DNA of 48,525 bases from Candidatus Fraserbacteria bacterium (GCA_037446135.1 JBBIJD010000003.1:4790-53314), one strand, 5' to 3'; shown: positions 9,159-19,532, counted from the first letter of the stretch. A program made the numbers and translations. Notes: a model not told the origin generated them from the sequence alone.

Positions 9159-9674
9159 TTAGGTTGAGGGCCTTCGAAGGGCAAGGACCAGCCTGGCAGC
9201 GAGCCGGATGAGCCTGATATGGAAGGGCTCATGGGGATCGAAGGGCCTGACTAGGATCGCGTAGATTCCGAGCCGCTTGGCCCCCCAGATGTCGGTAAAG
9301 AGGTTATCCCCGACCATTACCGCCTCTTCCGGGGTGAGGCCCATCTCGCGGAGGAGCTGGCGGAAGCCCTCTCGTCTCGGCTTCCGGGCATTGAAATAGA
9401 TGGGATAGCTACTGAGTTTGGCCCGCAACTCCCCCCGCTTGAGGCCCTCGTCGTTGCTCAAGATCCCGACGAGGAACCCCTCCCGCTCCAATTCAGTGAA
9501 AAGCTCCAGGATCACCCCCTCGAGCCCCTGGACCCCTCTCCTCCCGAGGGTATTATCCAGATCGAAGATGATCCCCCGCTTTCCCGCTCGCCTCAGCCTC
9601 GAAGGGTCTAGCTCGAAGACGGAGGCCAACTCCTCATCCGGGAAGAGCCTCGCGGACCTCACCGATCTTCGCAT
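9159..9674 (-). CDS. yqeG: YqeG family HAD IIIA phosphatase
   Basis: FDLDNTL, LSN, ARKP, VGDNLFTDIWG. Confidence 0.9.
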   Translation of the reverse strand: MRRSVRSARLFPDEELASVFELDPSRLRRAGKRGIIFDLDNTLGRRGVQGLEGVILELFTELEREGFLVGILSNDEGLKRGELRAKLSSYPIYFNARKPRREGFRQLLREMGLTPEEAVMVGDNLFTDIWGAKRLGIYAILVRPFDPHEPFHIRLIRLAARLVLALRRPST

Positions 9675-9864
9675 ACCCCCTCAATTCCCGCAGCAGGCGC
9701 TCGACCTCCTCCTCGAACCCCGGGCCGACGAGGAGCCGGAAGCAGGTCTTCCCCTCGACGAGTTCGTAGTCCCGAGATAGCGTCGCGATCCCGTCATACC
9801 CCTCGATGATCGCCCCCAGGAAGTGGATCTCTCGCTCTTCCAGCTCAACGAGGAGCGTGTGCAT
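9634..9864 (-). CDS. DUF4911-like small protein
   Basis: EIHFLGAIIEGYDGIATL pattern; overlaps both flanking genes as part of an operon. Confidence 0.7.
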   Translation of the reverse strand: MHTLLVELEEREIHFLGAIIEGYDGIATLSRDYELVEGKTCFRLLVGPGFEEEVERLLRELRGYAKIGEVREALPG

Positions 9865-10477
9865 CCAGCTCCTTCTCCACAAAGCGGCGGAGGGCCAGCT
9901 CCGGCTCGACCCCCATCTCCCGCGCTAGGGCCACGACCCGGAAGAGGAGGCTTCCAACCTCTTCTTTGGGGTCGCCCGGGCCGAGGAGCGACTTTAACCC
10001 GCCTTGGATCTGGACCTTATCCTGCTCTTTCCCCAAGTCTGCCAGATAGTCCTGGACTTTTCGCGCGGCAACAAGCGCGGGGAGATGCAGGTCCAGGGGC
10101 CGCCTCCCCTCAGCGCGCTTGATCTCGTCCCATCGTGTGCGGACCTCTCTGGGGCTCTCAGCCCTCTCCCCTCCGAAGACATGGGGGTGGCGACGGACCA
10201 ACTTCTCATTCAAGCTTTCTATGAGATCTGTGATGGTAAACTCCCCTTCCTCCTGGGCGATCTGGGCCTGGAAGACGATATGCAAGAGGAGGTCGCCTAG
10301 CTCGTCCTTCAGCGCTTCAGGGTCGCCGCTCTCGATCGCCGCAACTGCTTCATAGGCCTCCTCGATGAGCATCCCCTTCAAGGACTCATGGGTCTGGACC
10401 CGATCCCAGGGGCAGCCCTCAGGCGAGCGGAGGCGGGCTACTAGCTCGACGAGCTTAGCAAATCCCTCCGTGGTCAT
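9845..10477 (-). CDS. mazG: MazG nucleoside triphosphate pyrophosphohydrolase (second domain reduced)
   Basis: GCPWDRVQTHESL, EEAYE, DELGDLLL, KLVRRHPHVF. Confidence 0.92.
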   Translation of the reverse strand: MTTEGFAKLVELVARLRSPEGCPWDRVQTHESLKGMLIEEAYEAVAAIESGDPEALKDELGDLLLHIVFQAQIAQEEGEFTITDLIESLNEKLVRRHPHVFGGERAESPREVRTRWDEIKRAEGRRPLDLHLPALVAARKVQDYLADLGKEQDKVQIQGGLKSLLGPGDPKEEVGSLLFRVVALAREMGVEPELALRRFVEKELDAHAPR

Positions 10478-13035
10478 TGGGACTCGGGCGTGGCGGCGGC
10501 CACCTCCGCCTTGAGCTTCGCGACTTCCTCAGCCCTCCAGGTAGGGTTCTCCTTCTCCAAGCGGTCCAGTTGTTCCTTGGCTTTGTCCTTCTTCCCCTGC
10601 TTCAGGTAGAGTTTGGCCATCTCCAAGAGCGCCTCCAGGCCGTCCTCGCCGAGCTTGTTCCCTGTCCCAACGAGCTTCTCCTCGGAGTCGAGGACCTTCT
10701 GGTAGATGAGGAGCCGCTTCGTCTCGTCCGTGGTCAAGGCGAGAGCCCCCTTGTAGGCCCCCTTGGCGTTGGCGAAATCCTCTTTTGCAAAATAAGACTC
10801 GGCCAGGCCCTGCTGGGCATCGAATGAGTCGGGCTGGCGCTTGAGCAGCTCTTGATAGTGCGCGATGGCCTTATCGTAGGCCCGATCGCGCTGGTAGGTC
10901 TTGGCTAAGTCGAACCGCGTCGCTGTATCCTCGGGATCGAGGGCCAGGATCCGTTCCCCCAGCTCTTCTCGGAGCTGGGTCCGATACTGGCTCCGCTTGA
11001 AGCCCTCTTTGTAGTCGGCCAGGGCCTTCTCCGTCAGCCCCTCGGCCTGGTGGACATCCCCCAGGCCGAGATAAGCGTCGGCAACATAGTAGGACTGGCC
11101 TTTGATGACGGCCTCGAAGACCTCGCTGGCCTCCTTGAGCTTCCCAGCCTTCAAGTAGGCCGTTCCGAGCTTGACCTGGAGTTCGGGCTTCAAGCCCGCG
11201 ACCTGCAGGGCCTTCTTGTAGTAGTCCGTCGCCTCGGCATACCGCCCGGTGCTCGAGAGGAGGTCGCCCATCAGGGCCAAGGCCTGCTGGTCCTCCGGGC
11301 TCACTTCCAGGACCTTGGCTAAGAGCCCCTCGGCCTTGGAGTAGTCCTGCTTCGCCATGTAGGCCTGGGCGAGCTTGGTCCGGACCTGCTTCAGTCTCTC
11401 TTGATCGCGGATGAGGGTCAGGGCCTGTTCATATTTGGCGGCCGCTTCATCGTAGCTCTTCTTCTCGAGCTCGATATCGCCGTAGAAGATGATGGCCCCG
11501 AGATGATCGGGCTTCAGCTCCAGTGCCCGGTCCAGTTGCTTCAGCGCCTCATCGGCCCGCCCGTTGTCCTTGAGGAATTGGCCATAGCGGTAGTGGAGGT
11601 CGGGGTTCTCCTCGTCGTAAGTGAGCAACTCCTTGAAGAGCTCCTCCTCGCCTCCGGTGGCGTCAAGCGTCTTGTATAGGTTCTCTAAGACCTTCTGGCG
11701 ATAGTTGGCCACTTCAGCTGCTGCGGCCTTCAAGGCCGCCTCGTCCGGCTGGGGTGCCCCTTCGAGCTCCTTCTCCCGGTCTTCGGCCTCCCGGAGCTTC
11801 TCCTCATAGAGCCGGGCGATGTAGTAGGGGAGGTAGAGGTCCTTCTCCTTCCCTTCCGCGGCCAACTTCTCGTAGGCCGCGAGTGCTTGGTCTTTATCCT
11901 TCTCCTCGAGCATATAGGCCGCGAGGAGAGGGAGCTCGACCTTAACCTCAGCGGCGGCACGGATCTGCTGATACCAATTCTCGAACTGCTCCTGCCCCTT
12001 CTCCGAGATGTAGGCGCTCCGGACCTGGTCCTTGACCTCCTCGAAGGTCGTGGCCGGCTTGCGGTCCTCGAGCTTGATGATATGGAATCCGTATTGCGAG
12101 CGGACGATCTCGCTGACCTCCCCTACTTTGAGGGCGAAGGCCGCTTCCTCGAACTCCTTGACCATCTGGCCCCGCTGGAACCAGCCGAGGTCCCCGCCCT
12201 TCTGGGCCGTCCCTTCGTCCTCGGAATATTGCTTTGCCAGCTCAGCGAAGTCCGCACCCCCCTCGAGCTGCTTCTTGATCTCTTCGATCTTCGTCCGAGC
12301 CTTGGCTACCTCCGCCTCAGGGGCATCTTGAGCTACCTTGATCAGGATATGGCGGGCCCGGACCATCTCCGGCTTGGCGAAGTTCGGCTTGTTCTCCTCG
12401 AAGTAATTGCGGAGTTCCTCATCGCTCGGGGAGAGGGCTGTGACTACCGCGGCCTTTAGCTTCTCATCCTGGAGCTGTTTGATCAATGCCTCCTTCTGTT
12501 GTTCGAGTTGCTTACGGATATCCTTCTTGAAGTCATCGACGGTCCTACCCTGCTCCGCCAGGCGGTCCCGGAGCTCATCCTCGCTCATCTGGTAGTAGGA
12601 GAGGATCGAGTTGAGCTGGCGCTCGACCTCCTTGGTGAGAGCCGCCTCATACTCGGCCTTGGAGACGGTGATCCCCCGCTTCTTCGCCTCCTGGTCGAGG
12701 AGGGCCCGGCGGATGAGGTCTTGGAGGACCCCCGCCTTGAGCCGGAGCTGGTAGACCGCCCCGGATGGGCCCTCGAGCTGGAGGTCGAAGCTCCCCAGTC
12801 CGCTTTGGGTATAGAGCTGCCGGTAGTAGTCCAGCAGGTTGCTGTATTGCGTGTCGAATTGGCCCTGGGTGATCTTCTCTCCGTTCACGATGAGGACCGG
12901 AACGCGGCTCTGGGGGCTCCCCTGGCGGGCGATGTTGAACTTCCCGGGGGTGAAGATGACCAGCGCTCCGAGGAGGAAGCTGATCGCGATCGCCCAGATC
13001 ACAAACTTCCCATACTTCTCCATCAAACGCCTCAT
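10474..13035 (-). CDS. Membrane-anchored SurA_N + parvulin PPIase + TPR-repeat protein
   Basis: N-terminal TM helix, VNGEKIT, ARHILI, GGDLGWF, EFEEAAF, GFHII, then ~480 aa of TPR-like helices. Confidence 0.88.
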   Translation of the reverse strand: MRRLMEKYGKFVIWAIAISFLLGALVIFTPGKFNIARQGSPQSRVPVLIVNGEKITQGQFDTQYSNLLDYYRQLYTQSGLGSFDLQLEGPSGAVYQLRLKAGVLQDLIRRALLDQEAKKRGITVSKAEYEAALTKEVERQLNSILSYYQMSEDELRDRLAEQGRTVDDFKKDIRKQLEQQKEALIKQLQDEKLKAAVVTALSPSDEELRNYFEENKPNFAKPEMVRARHILIKVAQDAPEAEVAKARTKIEEIKKQLEGGADFAELAKQYSEDEGTAQKGGDLGWFQRGQMVKEFEEAAFALKVGEVSEIVRSQYGFHIIKLEDRKPATTFEEVKDQVRSAYISEKGQEQFENWYQQIRAAAEVKVELPLLAAYMLEEKDKDQALAAYEKLAAEGKEKDLYLPYYIARLYEEKLREAEDREKELEGAPQPDEAALKAAAAEVANYRQKVLENLYKTLDATGGEEELFKELLTYDEENPDLHYRYGQFLKDNGRADEALKQLDRALELKPDHLGAIIFYGDIELEKKSYDEAAAKYEQALTLIRDQERLKQVRTKLAQAYMAKQDYSKAEGLLAKVLEVSPEDQQALALMGDLLSSTGRYAEATDYYKKALQVAGLKPELQVKLGTAYLKAGKLKEASEVFEAVIKGQSYYVADAYLGLGDVHQAEGLTEKALADYKEGFKRSQYRTQLREELGERILALDPEDTATRFDLAKTYQRDRAYDKAIAHYQELLKRQPDSFDAQQGLAESYFAKEDFANAKGAYKGALALTTDETKRLLIYQKVLDSEEKLVGTGNKLGEDGLEALLEMAKLYLKQGKKDKAKEQLDRLEKENPTWRAEEVAKLKAEVAAATPESQ

Positions 13036-13123
13036 CTTAAGCCTCCTCAGTAGAGGATGATATGCCTACAATCCCGCCCCTGTCAACCTCGATGTAGCGC
13101 GGGCCAGGCCCGGCCAGCACTAT

Positions 13124-13471
13124 CTATAGAGTGACATCGGTCGTCTTCTCGGCCTCCCCTCCCCCTGTTTCCGGCTCCCCCGGAGGGGCTGAGGCGAGCT
13201 TGGAGATGGGGTTCCGCGGCCGGACCTCCAGGCGGATCGCGGTCCGCTCCTGCCCCTCGATCTCCACCTCGACGAAGCCCGGGACAGTGATGAGGTCGAT
13301 CCCCGAGGGGGCGATGTAGCCCCGAGCGATGGCGATGGCTTTGATCGCCTGGTTCACGGCCTTGGGGCCGATCACTTGGATCTCGGCCTTCCCCTGGCTC
13401 CGGATCGTGTTCGCCAATGCACCAGCGGTGGCGCTCGGATTCGAGTGGGACGAGACTTTCAAGACTGCCAT
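13124..13471 (-). CDS. spoVS: SpoVS family protein with C-terminal extension
   Basis: VLKVSS, AGALA, AVNQAIKAIAIARGYIAPSGIDL, ERTAI; AAGGAGG RBS. Confidence 0.92.
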   Translation of the reverse strand: MAVLKVSSHSNPSATAGALANTIRSQGKAEIQVIGPKAVNQAIKAIAIARGYIAPSGIDLITVPGFVEVEIEGQERTAIRLEVRPRNPISKLASAPPGEPETGGGEAEKTTDVTL

Positions 13472-13482
13472 GTCCACCTCCT

Positions 13483-15012
13483 TTATTTCGCGACCTGGAC
13501 AAACTGGGTCTCGCGGATCACATTCACCTTGATCTCACCGGGGTAGTCTAGCTCTTGCTCGATCGTCCGGGCGATCTCATATGATAGCTTCGCCGCCAGC
13601 TCGTCGTCGACCTCCTCCGGCTTGACGATCACCCGCACCTCTCTTCCGGCCTGGATGGCGTAGGCTTCGGCCACCCCGGGGAAGGAGGTGCAGATCTCCT
13701 CCAGGTCCTGGAGCCGCTGGATGTAGGCCTCGAAGGTCTCCTGGCGGGCCCCGGGCCGCGCGGCAGAGAGGGCATCGGCCGCCTGGAGGAGGATCGCCAG
13801 GACCGACTGGGGCTCGACCTCCCCATTGTGGGCGGCGATCGCGTGGACGATCGCCTCGTTCTCCCCGTAGCGACGGGCAAGGTCGGCGCTGATCAGGGAG
13901 TGCGAGCCCTCGACCTTATGATCCACGGCCTTCCCGATGTCGTGGAGGAGGCCGGCCCGCTTGGCCGGCTTCGGATCGAGCCCGAGTTCCGCGGCCAGCA
14001 TCCCCGCGATATAGGCCACCTCCAGGGAGTGCTGGAGCTGGTTCTGGCCGTAGCTCATCCGGTAATTGAGCCTCCCGATCAGCATCACTAGCTCGGGATG
14101 GATATTGTCGATCCCCAGCTCGAAGATCGCCTTCTGGCCCAGCTCACGGACATGTTCGATCACCCGCTGCTGGGCCCGCTCGACCTGCTTCTTGATCTGA
14201 GCGGGATGGATCCTTCCGTCCTCGATCAGCTTCTCCATCGCCAGCCGGGCGATCTCCCGCCTCAGGGGATTGAAAGAGGAGAGGACGACGGTATCGGGGG
14301 TATCATCCACTAAGACCTCGACGCCGGTGAGGGCCTCGAATGTCCGGATGTTCCGCCCCTCCCGCCCGATGATCCGCCCCTTATAGTCATCGCTGGGGAG
14401 GGGGACAGAGCTGAAGGTCGTCTCCTCTACCTCTTCAGCAGCGTAGCGCTGGATCGCCGTGGCGATGATCTTCCTCGCCTCTTGCTCCGCCTCGGCCTCG
14501 AGCTGCTCCCGCCGCCGCTTCAGCCACTTGGCGAAGGCCCGCTCGGCCTCGGCTTCCATCATGTGCAAGAGCTCCTCGCGGGCCTCCTCCCGCGAGAGCC
14601 CAGCGATCCGCTCCAGGGACTGCTGCTCCTCCGCCAGGAGCCTCTGGCCCCGCTCCGCTAGCTCCGCCAGCCGACGGATCTCCTCCTTGAGAGTGGCATC
14701 GAGCCGCTCGAGCTGCTCACCTTTCTCCTCGAGCCGCTCCTCCCGCTTGAGGAGACGGGCCTCGAGGAGCTCGAGCTTCTCCTCCCGCTTCCGTATCTCC
14801 CGCTCGAGCTCTTCTCTTCGCTTCTGGAGCTCCTCCTGACCAGCGAGGAGCGCCTCCTGGCGGAGCTGCTCCGCCTCCTCGCGCGCGGCCGCGACGATAT
14901 CCGCAGCACGGCGCTCTTCATGGGCCAGTTGGCGGGCGAGATGGCTCCGCCCCAGGAAGTAGCCCAAAAGGAGCGCCAAGATTATTCCACCGATCAGATA
15001 TCCCCACCACAT
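13483..15012 (-). CDS. rny: Ribonuclease Y
   Basis: N-terminal TM, coiled coil, KH motif [15 protein letters not shown] motif [18 protein letters not shown]. Confidence 0.97.
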   Translation of the reverse strand: MWWGYLIGGIILALLLGYFLGRSHLARQLAHEERRAADIVAAAREEAEQLRQEALLAGQEELQKRREELEREIRKREEKLELLEARLLKREERLEEKGEQLERLDATLKEEIRRLAELAERGQRLLAEEQQSLERIAGLSREEAREELLHMMEAEAERAFAKWLKRRREQLEAEAEQEARKIIATAIQRYAAEEVEETTFSSVPLPSDDYKGRIIGREGRNIRTFEALTGVEVLVDDTPDTVVLSSFNPLRREIARLAMEKLIEDGRIHPAQIKKQVERAQQRVIEHVRELGQKAIFELGIDNIHPELVMLIGRLNYRMSYGQNQLQHSLEVAYIAGMLAAELGLDPKPAKRAGLLHDIGKAVDHKVEGSHSLISADLARRYGENEAIVHAIAAHNGEVEPQSVLAILLQAADALSAARPGARQETFEAYIQRLQDLEEICTSFPGVAEAYAIQAGREVRVIVKPEEVDDELAAKLSYEIARTIEQELDYPGEIKVNVIRETQFVQVAK

Positions 15013-15560
15013 AGCATCAACCTCTTCCTGATCTCCGAAAAGATCTTACGATAGGCAGCCAACTGCCCTGAGAGCCTCCGGGCCAGGCCCTCCAACTCCT
15101 CCGGGGGGCTCGCTTCGAGCCGGGCGGCGAACTCCCGGCTCCTTGCAAGGAGCCGTTCCGCCCAGGCCTGAAGCTCCGGGAAGCCGCCCCCGAGGGGGAT
15201 GAGGCTCAAAGCCCGATCGAGCCAACTGAACCCCTCGATCAGGTCCGGGATCGTCTCCGGCTTGAGCCCTAGCTGCTCAAGCCGCGTGAGCTGCTCGAGC
15301 CCCCTCATGACGATCTCCCCGACCAGCTCACGCGGACTGAGCGAGAAGAGCGCAATCTCCCCAAACCCGTGGATCGGCCGATCCTTCAGCTCTTCCAAGA
15401 GCGCCTGAGAGACGGTCTCGCCGTTGAGACGGAGCTCGATGAGCACCTGGGGCTTGAGGAGGTCCCGCACATGAGCGATCAGCTCGGCAAAGGTCAGTCC
15501 CTCATCGACTTCCAGGTCCTCTCCGTCCAGTTTCACGATCATCGTGACCGTCTGCCGCAT
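14994..15560 (-). CDS. Hypothetical protein coupled to rny (possible beta-grasp N-terminus)
   Basis: 188-aa ORF with its own promoter, overlapping the rny start. Alternative start at 15542 (MIVKLDG). Confidence 0.7.
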   Translation of the reverse strand: MRQTVTMIVKLDGEDLEVDEGLTFAELIAHVRDLLKPQVLIELRLNGETVSQALLEELKDRPIHGFGEIALFSLSPRELVGEIVMRGLEQLTRLEQLGLKPETIPDLIEGFSWLDRALSLIPLGGGFPELQAWAERLLARSREFAARLEASPPEELEGLARRLSGQLAAYRKIFSEIRKRLMLCGGDI

Positions 15561-15630
15561 CGCCAGCCTTTCGATGGCCCTCCGCTTCCGCTCGACTCAG
15601 GGAGCTCCCCTCGATTATGAGCTTCACTCA

Positions 15631-15659
15631 ATTATAGAGGACGAGAGGTGAGAGATCAA
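15631..15659 (-). promoter_or_regulatory. Promoter for hypothetical-rny-spoVS
   Basis: Minus strand TTGATC-17 nt-TATAAT. Confidence 0.65.
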
Positions 15660-18460
15660 TCCTCGCTACGGCTGCGAGGCCTTGTCCTTAAGGCGAGGAG
15701 CGCCGGGAGGAAGGTGAGGCTGAAGATGGTGTTGAACCCCAGGCCAAGGAGGGCCGACTCCCCTAGGAGCCGGAGGCCCGGGGTCCGAGCCAGGAGGAGG
15801 GCAGCGAAGGAGACCAGCGTCGTCGAGGAGGTGATGAAGATAGCGAGGGCCGTGGAAGCGAGCGCCTCCCCGGTCTTCCGGCGCTCGAGGTAGCCGTGGA
15901 TGATATGGACCCCGTTATCGATCCCCAGGCCGATGAGGAGCGGGGAGATGAGGATGTTAGTGAAGTTAAACTCCAACCCCAAGAGCTGCATCCCCCCGAG
16001 CATCCAGAGGTAGCCGAGGATGAGGGGGAGCATGGCCAGTGGGGCATAATGGCGTTCTCCGCGCCGGCGGAAGTCCCAGAGGAGGATGGCGAGCATCAAG
16101 ACCGCGGAGATGGCCGTCGTCACCCAGAAGTCCCGCTTCATATACCGCTCGAGCCGGTCTTGGATCATCGCCGCCCCGAAGTAGGCCCGGCTGAACTGCG
16201 AGGCCTCCTCGATAAACCTTCGGTAGTATTCGGGCTGATAGATCTTGCTGCTGTCGACCTTGGCGTAGATGATGAAATCGCCTCTCGGGGTCCTGAACCA
16301 CTCCTGGAGGAGGGCCTGGGCGATGGCGAACGGGTCCCCGCTGGGGAAGGTCTCCGCGAGCTTGGCCGCGAGCCGATCGAGCTCCCCCTCGAGGGAGGTA
16401 ATGGCGGTCGCGAGGGCCTCCGGCCTGGCTCGTTCCAATGAGCCGATCAGATCCAGCAGCCCCGCGATGAGGGCGCTGACCTCCTTGGCGAGTTCACCCT
16501 GGCCCGAGAGGGTGGCGAGGGCCTGGAGTGAGCTGAGGTTGACGACCAGCCGTTGGGCCTCCTCTTTGATCTCCTCCCGCTCGCCGAGGTTGGCTTGGAT
16601 CAGTCCCAACTGCTGCCTCCCTGCGGTGATCCCCCCGCTTAAGGAGAGCCCCTCCACTTGGAGCTCTGGGGTGAGGTAGTTGGCGAGGGAATCGACGCTC
16701 TCGACGAGGGCCATCCGGCGGAGCCCAGCGGTGATCCGCTCCAGCTCGGCCTCATCCTTGGCGAAGAAGATGAAGTAGTCTCCCAGCTTCAATTGTTCCA
16801 GATTGAAGCCCTTCTCCTGGATCTCCTGCCGGACGAGCTGGCTCTCCATCTTCTGGGGGAGGAGCTCCTGGGAGACGAATTGGAAGTGGACGCGCGAGGC
16901 GGGGAAGATCAGGGCCAAAGAGAGGATGATAGTAACTAGGATAATCGGCCATCTCCTGCGGAAGACCCAAGGGATGAGGCGGTCGAGCTTGAACTGAAAG
17001 CGGTGGTGTTTGCGGAAGGTCCGACGGAAGACGAAATGGGAGAGGACGACCAACGCGGGGAGGAGGAAGATGGTCAGGGCGAGGGTCAAAAGGATCCCGA
17101 AGCTGAAGACGATCCCCATCTCGAAGATCCCCCGCGAGCGGCCGAAGAGGAGGGTCAGGATCGCGACGGTAGTAGTGACCCCGCCAATGAGGGTCGGGAG
17201 CCCCTTGGCCAGGAAGGTCTCCTTTAAGGCCGGGCCGATCCGGAGCCGCCGCTTCCGCTCCTCGATGTAACGGGCGATGAGGTGGACCCCGTAGTCACCC
17301 CAGCCGAGGATCTGTGAGGGGAGGAGGGAGGTGATCAAGTTCAGTCCGCCGGTGACGAGCTTAGCCCAGGCGAGGGTGAAGAGCATCGCCACAAAGAGCG
17401 GGATCGTGATCAGTGTGGGGAAGAGGACCCCCCCGAGGGTCACGAGGTAGATGGCCACTAAGCCGAAGGTGGCGATCAAGGCCGTATAGCTCATATCGCG
17501 TTTGATCAACTGATCGCTCTCCGTCGCGAAGCTGTAGGAGCCGCTCAGCCCGATACGGAAGCCCTCCTCAAGCCCGGCCGCAGCGACAGCCTGCTTCACT
17601 AGGCGCACGACCTTATGGCAATAGGCCACGCCCCCGGCCTGAGAGGAGAGCCGCGGGCGGGCGCTCACCAGGATCGCCGTCTTGTCAGAGGAGAGGAAGA
17701 CCTGCTCTTGGGCCTTCTGGCGGAGCCCATCGAGTGCCCCGATCAGCCCGGCGATGTCCCGCTCCAAGCCCTCCGGCTCCTCGAGGATAACGAGCGTCTG
17801 CTGCACGCCCCGGGTGAGCTCCTGCAAGGCGGAGAGCCCCGCGATCAGCCCCTCCGGCTCGAACCCTCCGCCAGCGCTGCCCTCGCCCCCACTGCCCCTG
17901 GTGAGCGCCTCCTCCAGGGCCTCATTGGCCCCGCTGTAGACCGCGCTCAACTGCCCCTCCCCGCTGAGGACCGCCTCGGCCTCGGACCCGACCCCGCTGC
18001 TCGGGCTCGGGGGGAGACGGGCCTCGATCCGCTCGACATAGCCAAGGAGCTCCTGGAGGCGCTCTCGCCCGCCGGTGAGGACCATCAACTCCGGGAGGGC
18101 CACCTCGGGCCGATCGCTCGCCGCGACGATCTCCGGGCTCTCCTTGAGGTGGGCGATCAGCCGAGAAGAGGCCTCGAGGAGGAGGCGCTCCCGCTCGGCC
18201 TCATCTTGAGGGGGATCCCGCAGCTCGATGAGGATCTGGAGGTAGTCGATCCGCTCGAGCGCCTCCTGGCTCTCCTTGAACCGGGCGATCAGCTCGTCAT
18301 TCTGAGGGAGGAGGTCGAGGAAGGAGCTGCGGACTTCAAGGTCCGAGATGACGAAGGTATAGATTAGGGCGAGGGCCGCGATCAGGACCGTCCCGCCGAG
18401 GACCCACCAGGCGCGATAGCGGGCGAGCCGGTAGGCAAAGAGGAAGAAGCGCTCGACCAT
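15656..18460 (-). CDS. MMPL/RND family transporter
   Basis: Two repeats of TM + large soluble loop + 5 TM; motifs GWGDYGVHL and GLGIDNGVHI. Confidence 0.88.
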   Translation of the reverse strand: MVERFFLFAYRLARYRAWWVLGGTVLIAALALIYTFVISDLEVRSSFLDLLPQNDELIARFKESQEALERIDYLQILIELRDPPQDEAERERLLLEASSRLIAHLKESPEIVAASDRPEVALPELMVLTGGRERLQELLGYVERIEARLPPSPSSGVGSEAEAVLSGEGQLSAVYSGANEALEEALTRGSGGEGSAGGGFEPEGLIAGLSALQELTRGVQQTLVILEEPEGLERDIAGLIGALDGLRQKAQEQVFLSSDKTAILVSARPRLSSQAGGVAYCHKVVRLVKQAVAAAGLEEGFRIGLSGSYSFATESDQLIKRDMSYTALIATFGLVAIYLVTLGGVLFPTLITIPLFVAMLFTLAWAKLVTGGLNLITSLLPSQILGWGDYGVHLIARYIEERKRRLRIGPALKETFLAKGLPTLIGGVTTTVAILTLLFGRSRGIFEMGIVFSFGILLTLALTIFLLPALVVLSHFVFRRTFRKHHRFQFKLDRLIPWVFRRRWPIILVTIILSLALIFPASRVHFQFVSQELLPQKMESQLVRQEIQEKGFNLEQLKLGDYFIFFAKDEAELERITAGLRRMALVESVDSLANYLTPELQVEGLSLSGGITAGRQQLGLIQANLGEREEIKEEAQRLVVNLSSLQALATLSGQGELAKEVSALIAGLLDLIGSLERARPEALATAITSLEGELDRLAAKLAETFPSGDPFAIAQALLQEWFRTPRGDFIIYAKVDSSKIYQPEYYRRFIEEASQFSRAYFGAAMIQDRLERYMKRDFWVTTAISAVLMLAILLWDFRRRGERHYAPLAMLPLILGYLWMLGGMQLLGLEFNFTNILISPLLIGLGIDNGVHIIHGYLERRKTGEALASTALAIFITSSTTLVSFAALLLARTPGLRLLGESALLGLGFNTIFSLTFLPALLALRTRPRSRSED

Positions 18461-19416
18461 TACCGCGCATCCCTAGCCTTTAGCTCCGCTGCAGCCACTT
18501 CGATATCGTAGCCTGTGAGCTTGGCCGTGAGCCGGGCATTCTGGCCATTCTTCCCGATCGCAAGCGAGAGCTCATCCTCGCGAACGATCACACGGGCCTT
18601 CCTCTCTTGCTCATCGACCTCGATCGCCAGGACCTGGGCCGGCTCGAGGCAGGCCTTGATCAGCTCGCGCACATCGGGGCTCCAGCGGATGACATCGATC
18701 TTCTCGCCGTTCAGCTCGCGGACCACCGCGCGGACTCGTGCTCCATTCGGGCCGACGCAAGTCCCGACGGGATCGATCTCCGGGGAGATCGAGGAGACGG
18801 CCACCTTGGCTCGGACACCGGGCTCGCGGGCCACGGCCTCGATCTTCACCAATCCCTGCTCGATCTCCGGGACCTCCAGCTCGAGGAGCCGCTCGACGAA
18901 CTTAGGATGGGCCCGGGAGACGAGGATCCGCGGGTCACCTTGGGTCTTCTCCACCTTAAAGAGGTAGACCCGGAGCTGCTCCCCAGGGCGGTAGCGCTCG
19001 CCAGGGATCCGCTCCTCCTCGGCAAGGAGGGCCTCAGCCCGCCCGAGGTTGAGCCAGACCCTCCCACCCTCGAAGCGGTGGACCGCACCGCTGATCAGCT
19101 CCCCCACCTTCGGGGCATAGCGTTCATAGATGATCTCTCGCCGGCGACGGACGATCTCCTGGCGGATCGTCTCCTCCGCCCGGCGAGCTGCGATCCGCCC
19201 GAAGTCACTGATATTGAGCTCGACCTCTTTGCCATCGGCGGTGATCTTGATGTCCCCGGAGCTCTTGTCGATCTCGACCTGGAGCTCCTTGACCCCTTCG
19301 TGCTCCGTGCGATAGGCCACTTCGATCCCCTTCGCCACGATAGCATAGAGCTCGTCCCGCTCGATCCCCTCTTCCTTGGCGATCTCCTCTAGGGCCTCTA
19401 GAAATTCGACATTCAT
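18460..19416 (-). CDS. nusA: Transcription termination factor NusA
   Basis: FGRIAA, S1 domain, LEVPEI, REPGVRAKVAV, GEKIDVI, LSLAIGKNGQNARL. Confidence 0.96.
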   Translation of the reverse strand: MNVEFLEALEEIAKEEGIERDELYAIVAKGIEVAYRTEHEGVKELQVEIDKSSGDIKITADGKEVELNISDFGRIAARRAEETIRQEIVRRRREIIYERYAPKVGELISGAVHRFEGGRVWLNLGRAEALLAEEERIPGERYRPGEQLRVYLFKVEKTQGDPRILVSRAHPKFVERLLELEVPEIEQGLVKIEAVAREPGVRAKVAVSSISPEIDPVGTCVGPNGARVRAVVRELNGEKIDVIRWSPDVRELIKACLEPAQVLAIEVDEQERKARVIVREDELSLAIGKNGQNARLTAKLTGYDIEVAAAELKARDAR

Positions 19417-19455
19417 AGGACTATTCGCATCCTTGACTCCTCTCTGCCCTCTAAA

Positions 19456-19519
19456 GATTACACCAGGGTGGGGGCCCTTTTCAACTGCAGTTGAGCTGTG
19501 TCGGGGGAGAAGCTAGGAT
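19456..19519. promoter_or_regulatory. Divergent promoters for nusA (-) and rluD (+)
   Basis: Minus strand TTGAAA-18-TAATCT; plus strand TTGAGC-17-TAGGAT. Confidence 0.5.
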
Positions 19520-19532
19520 AGGCTGACTGAAG

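Noticed and set aside
13124-13471. Sporulation capability inferred from spoVS
   Set aside because: SpoVS occurs in non-sporulating phyla, and no other sporulation genes are in the window.
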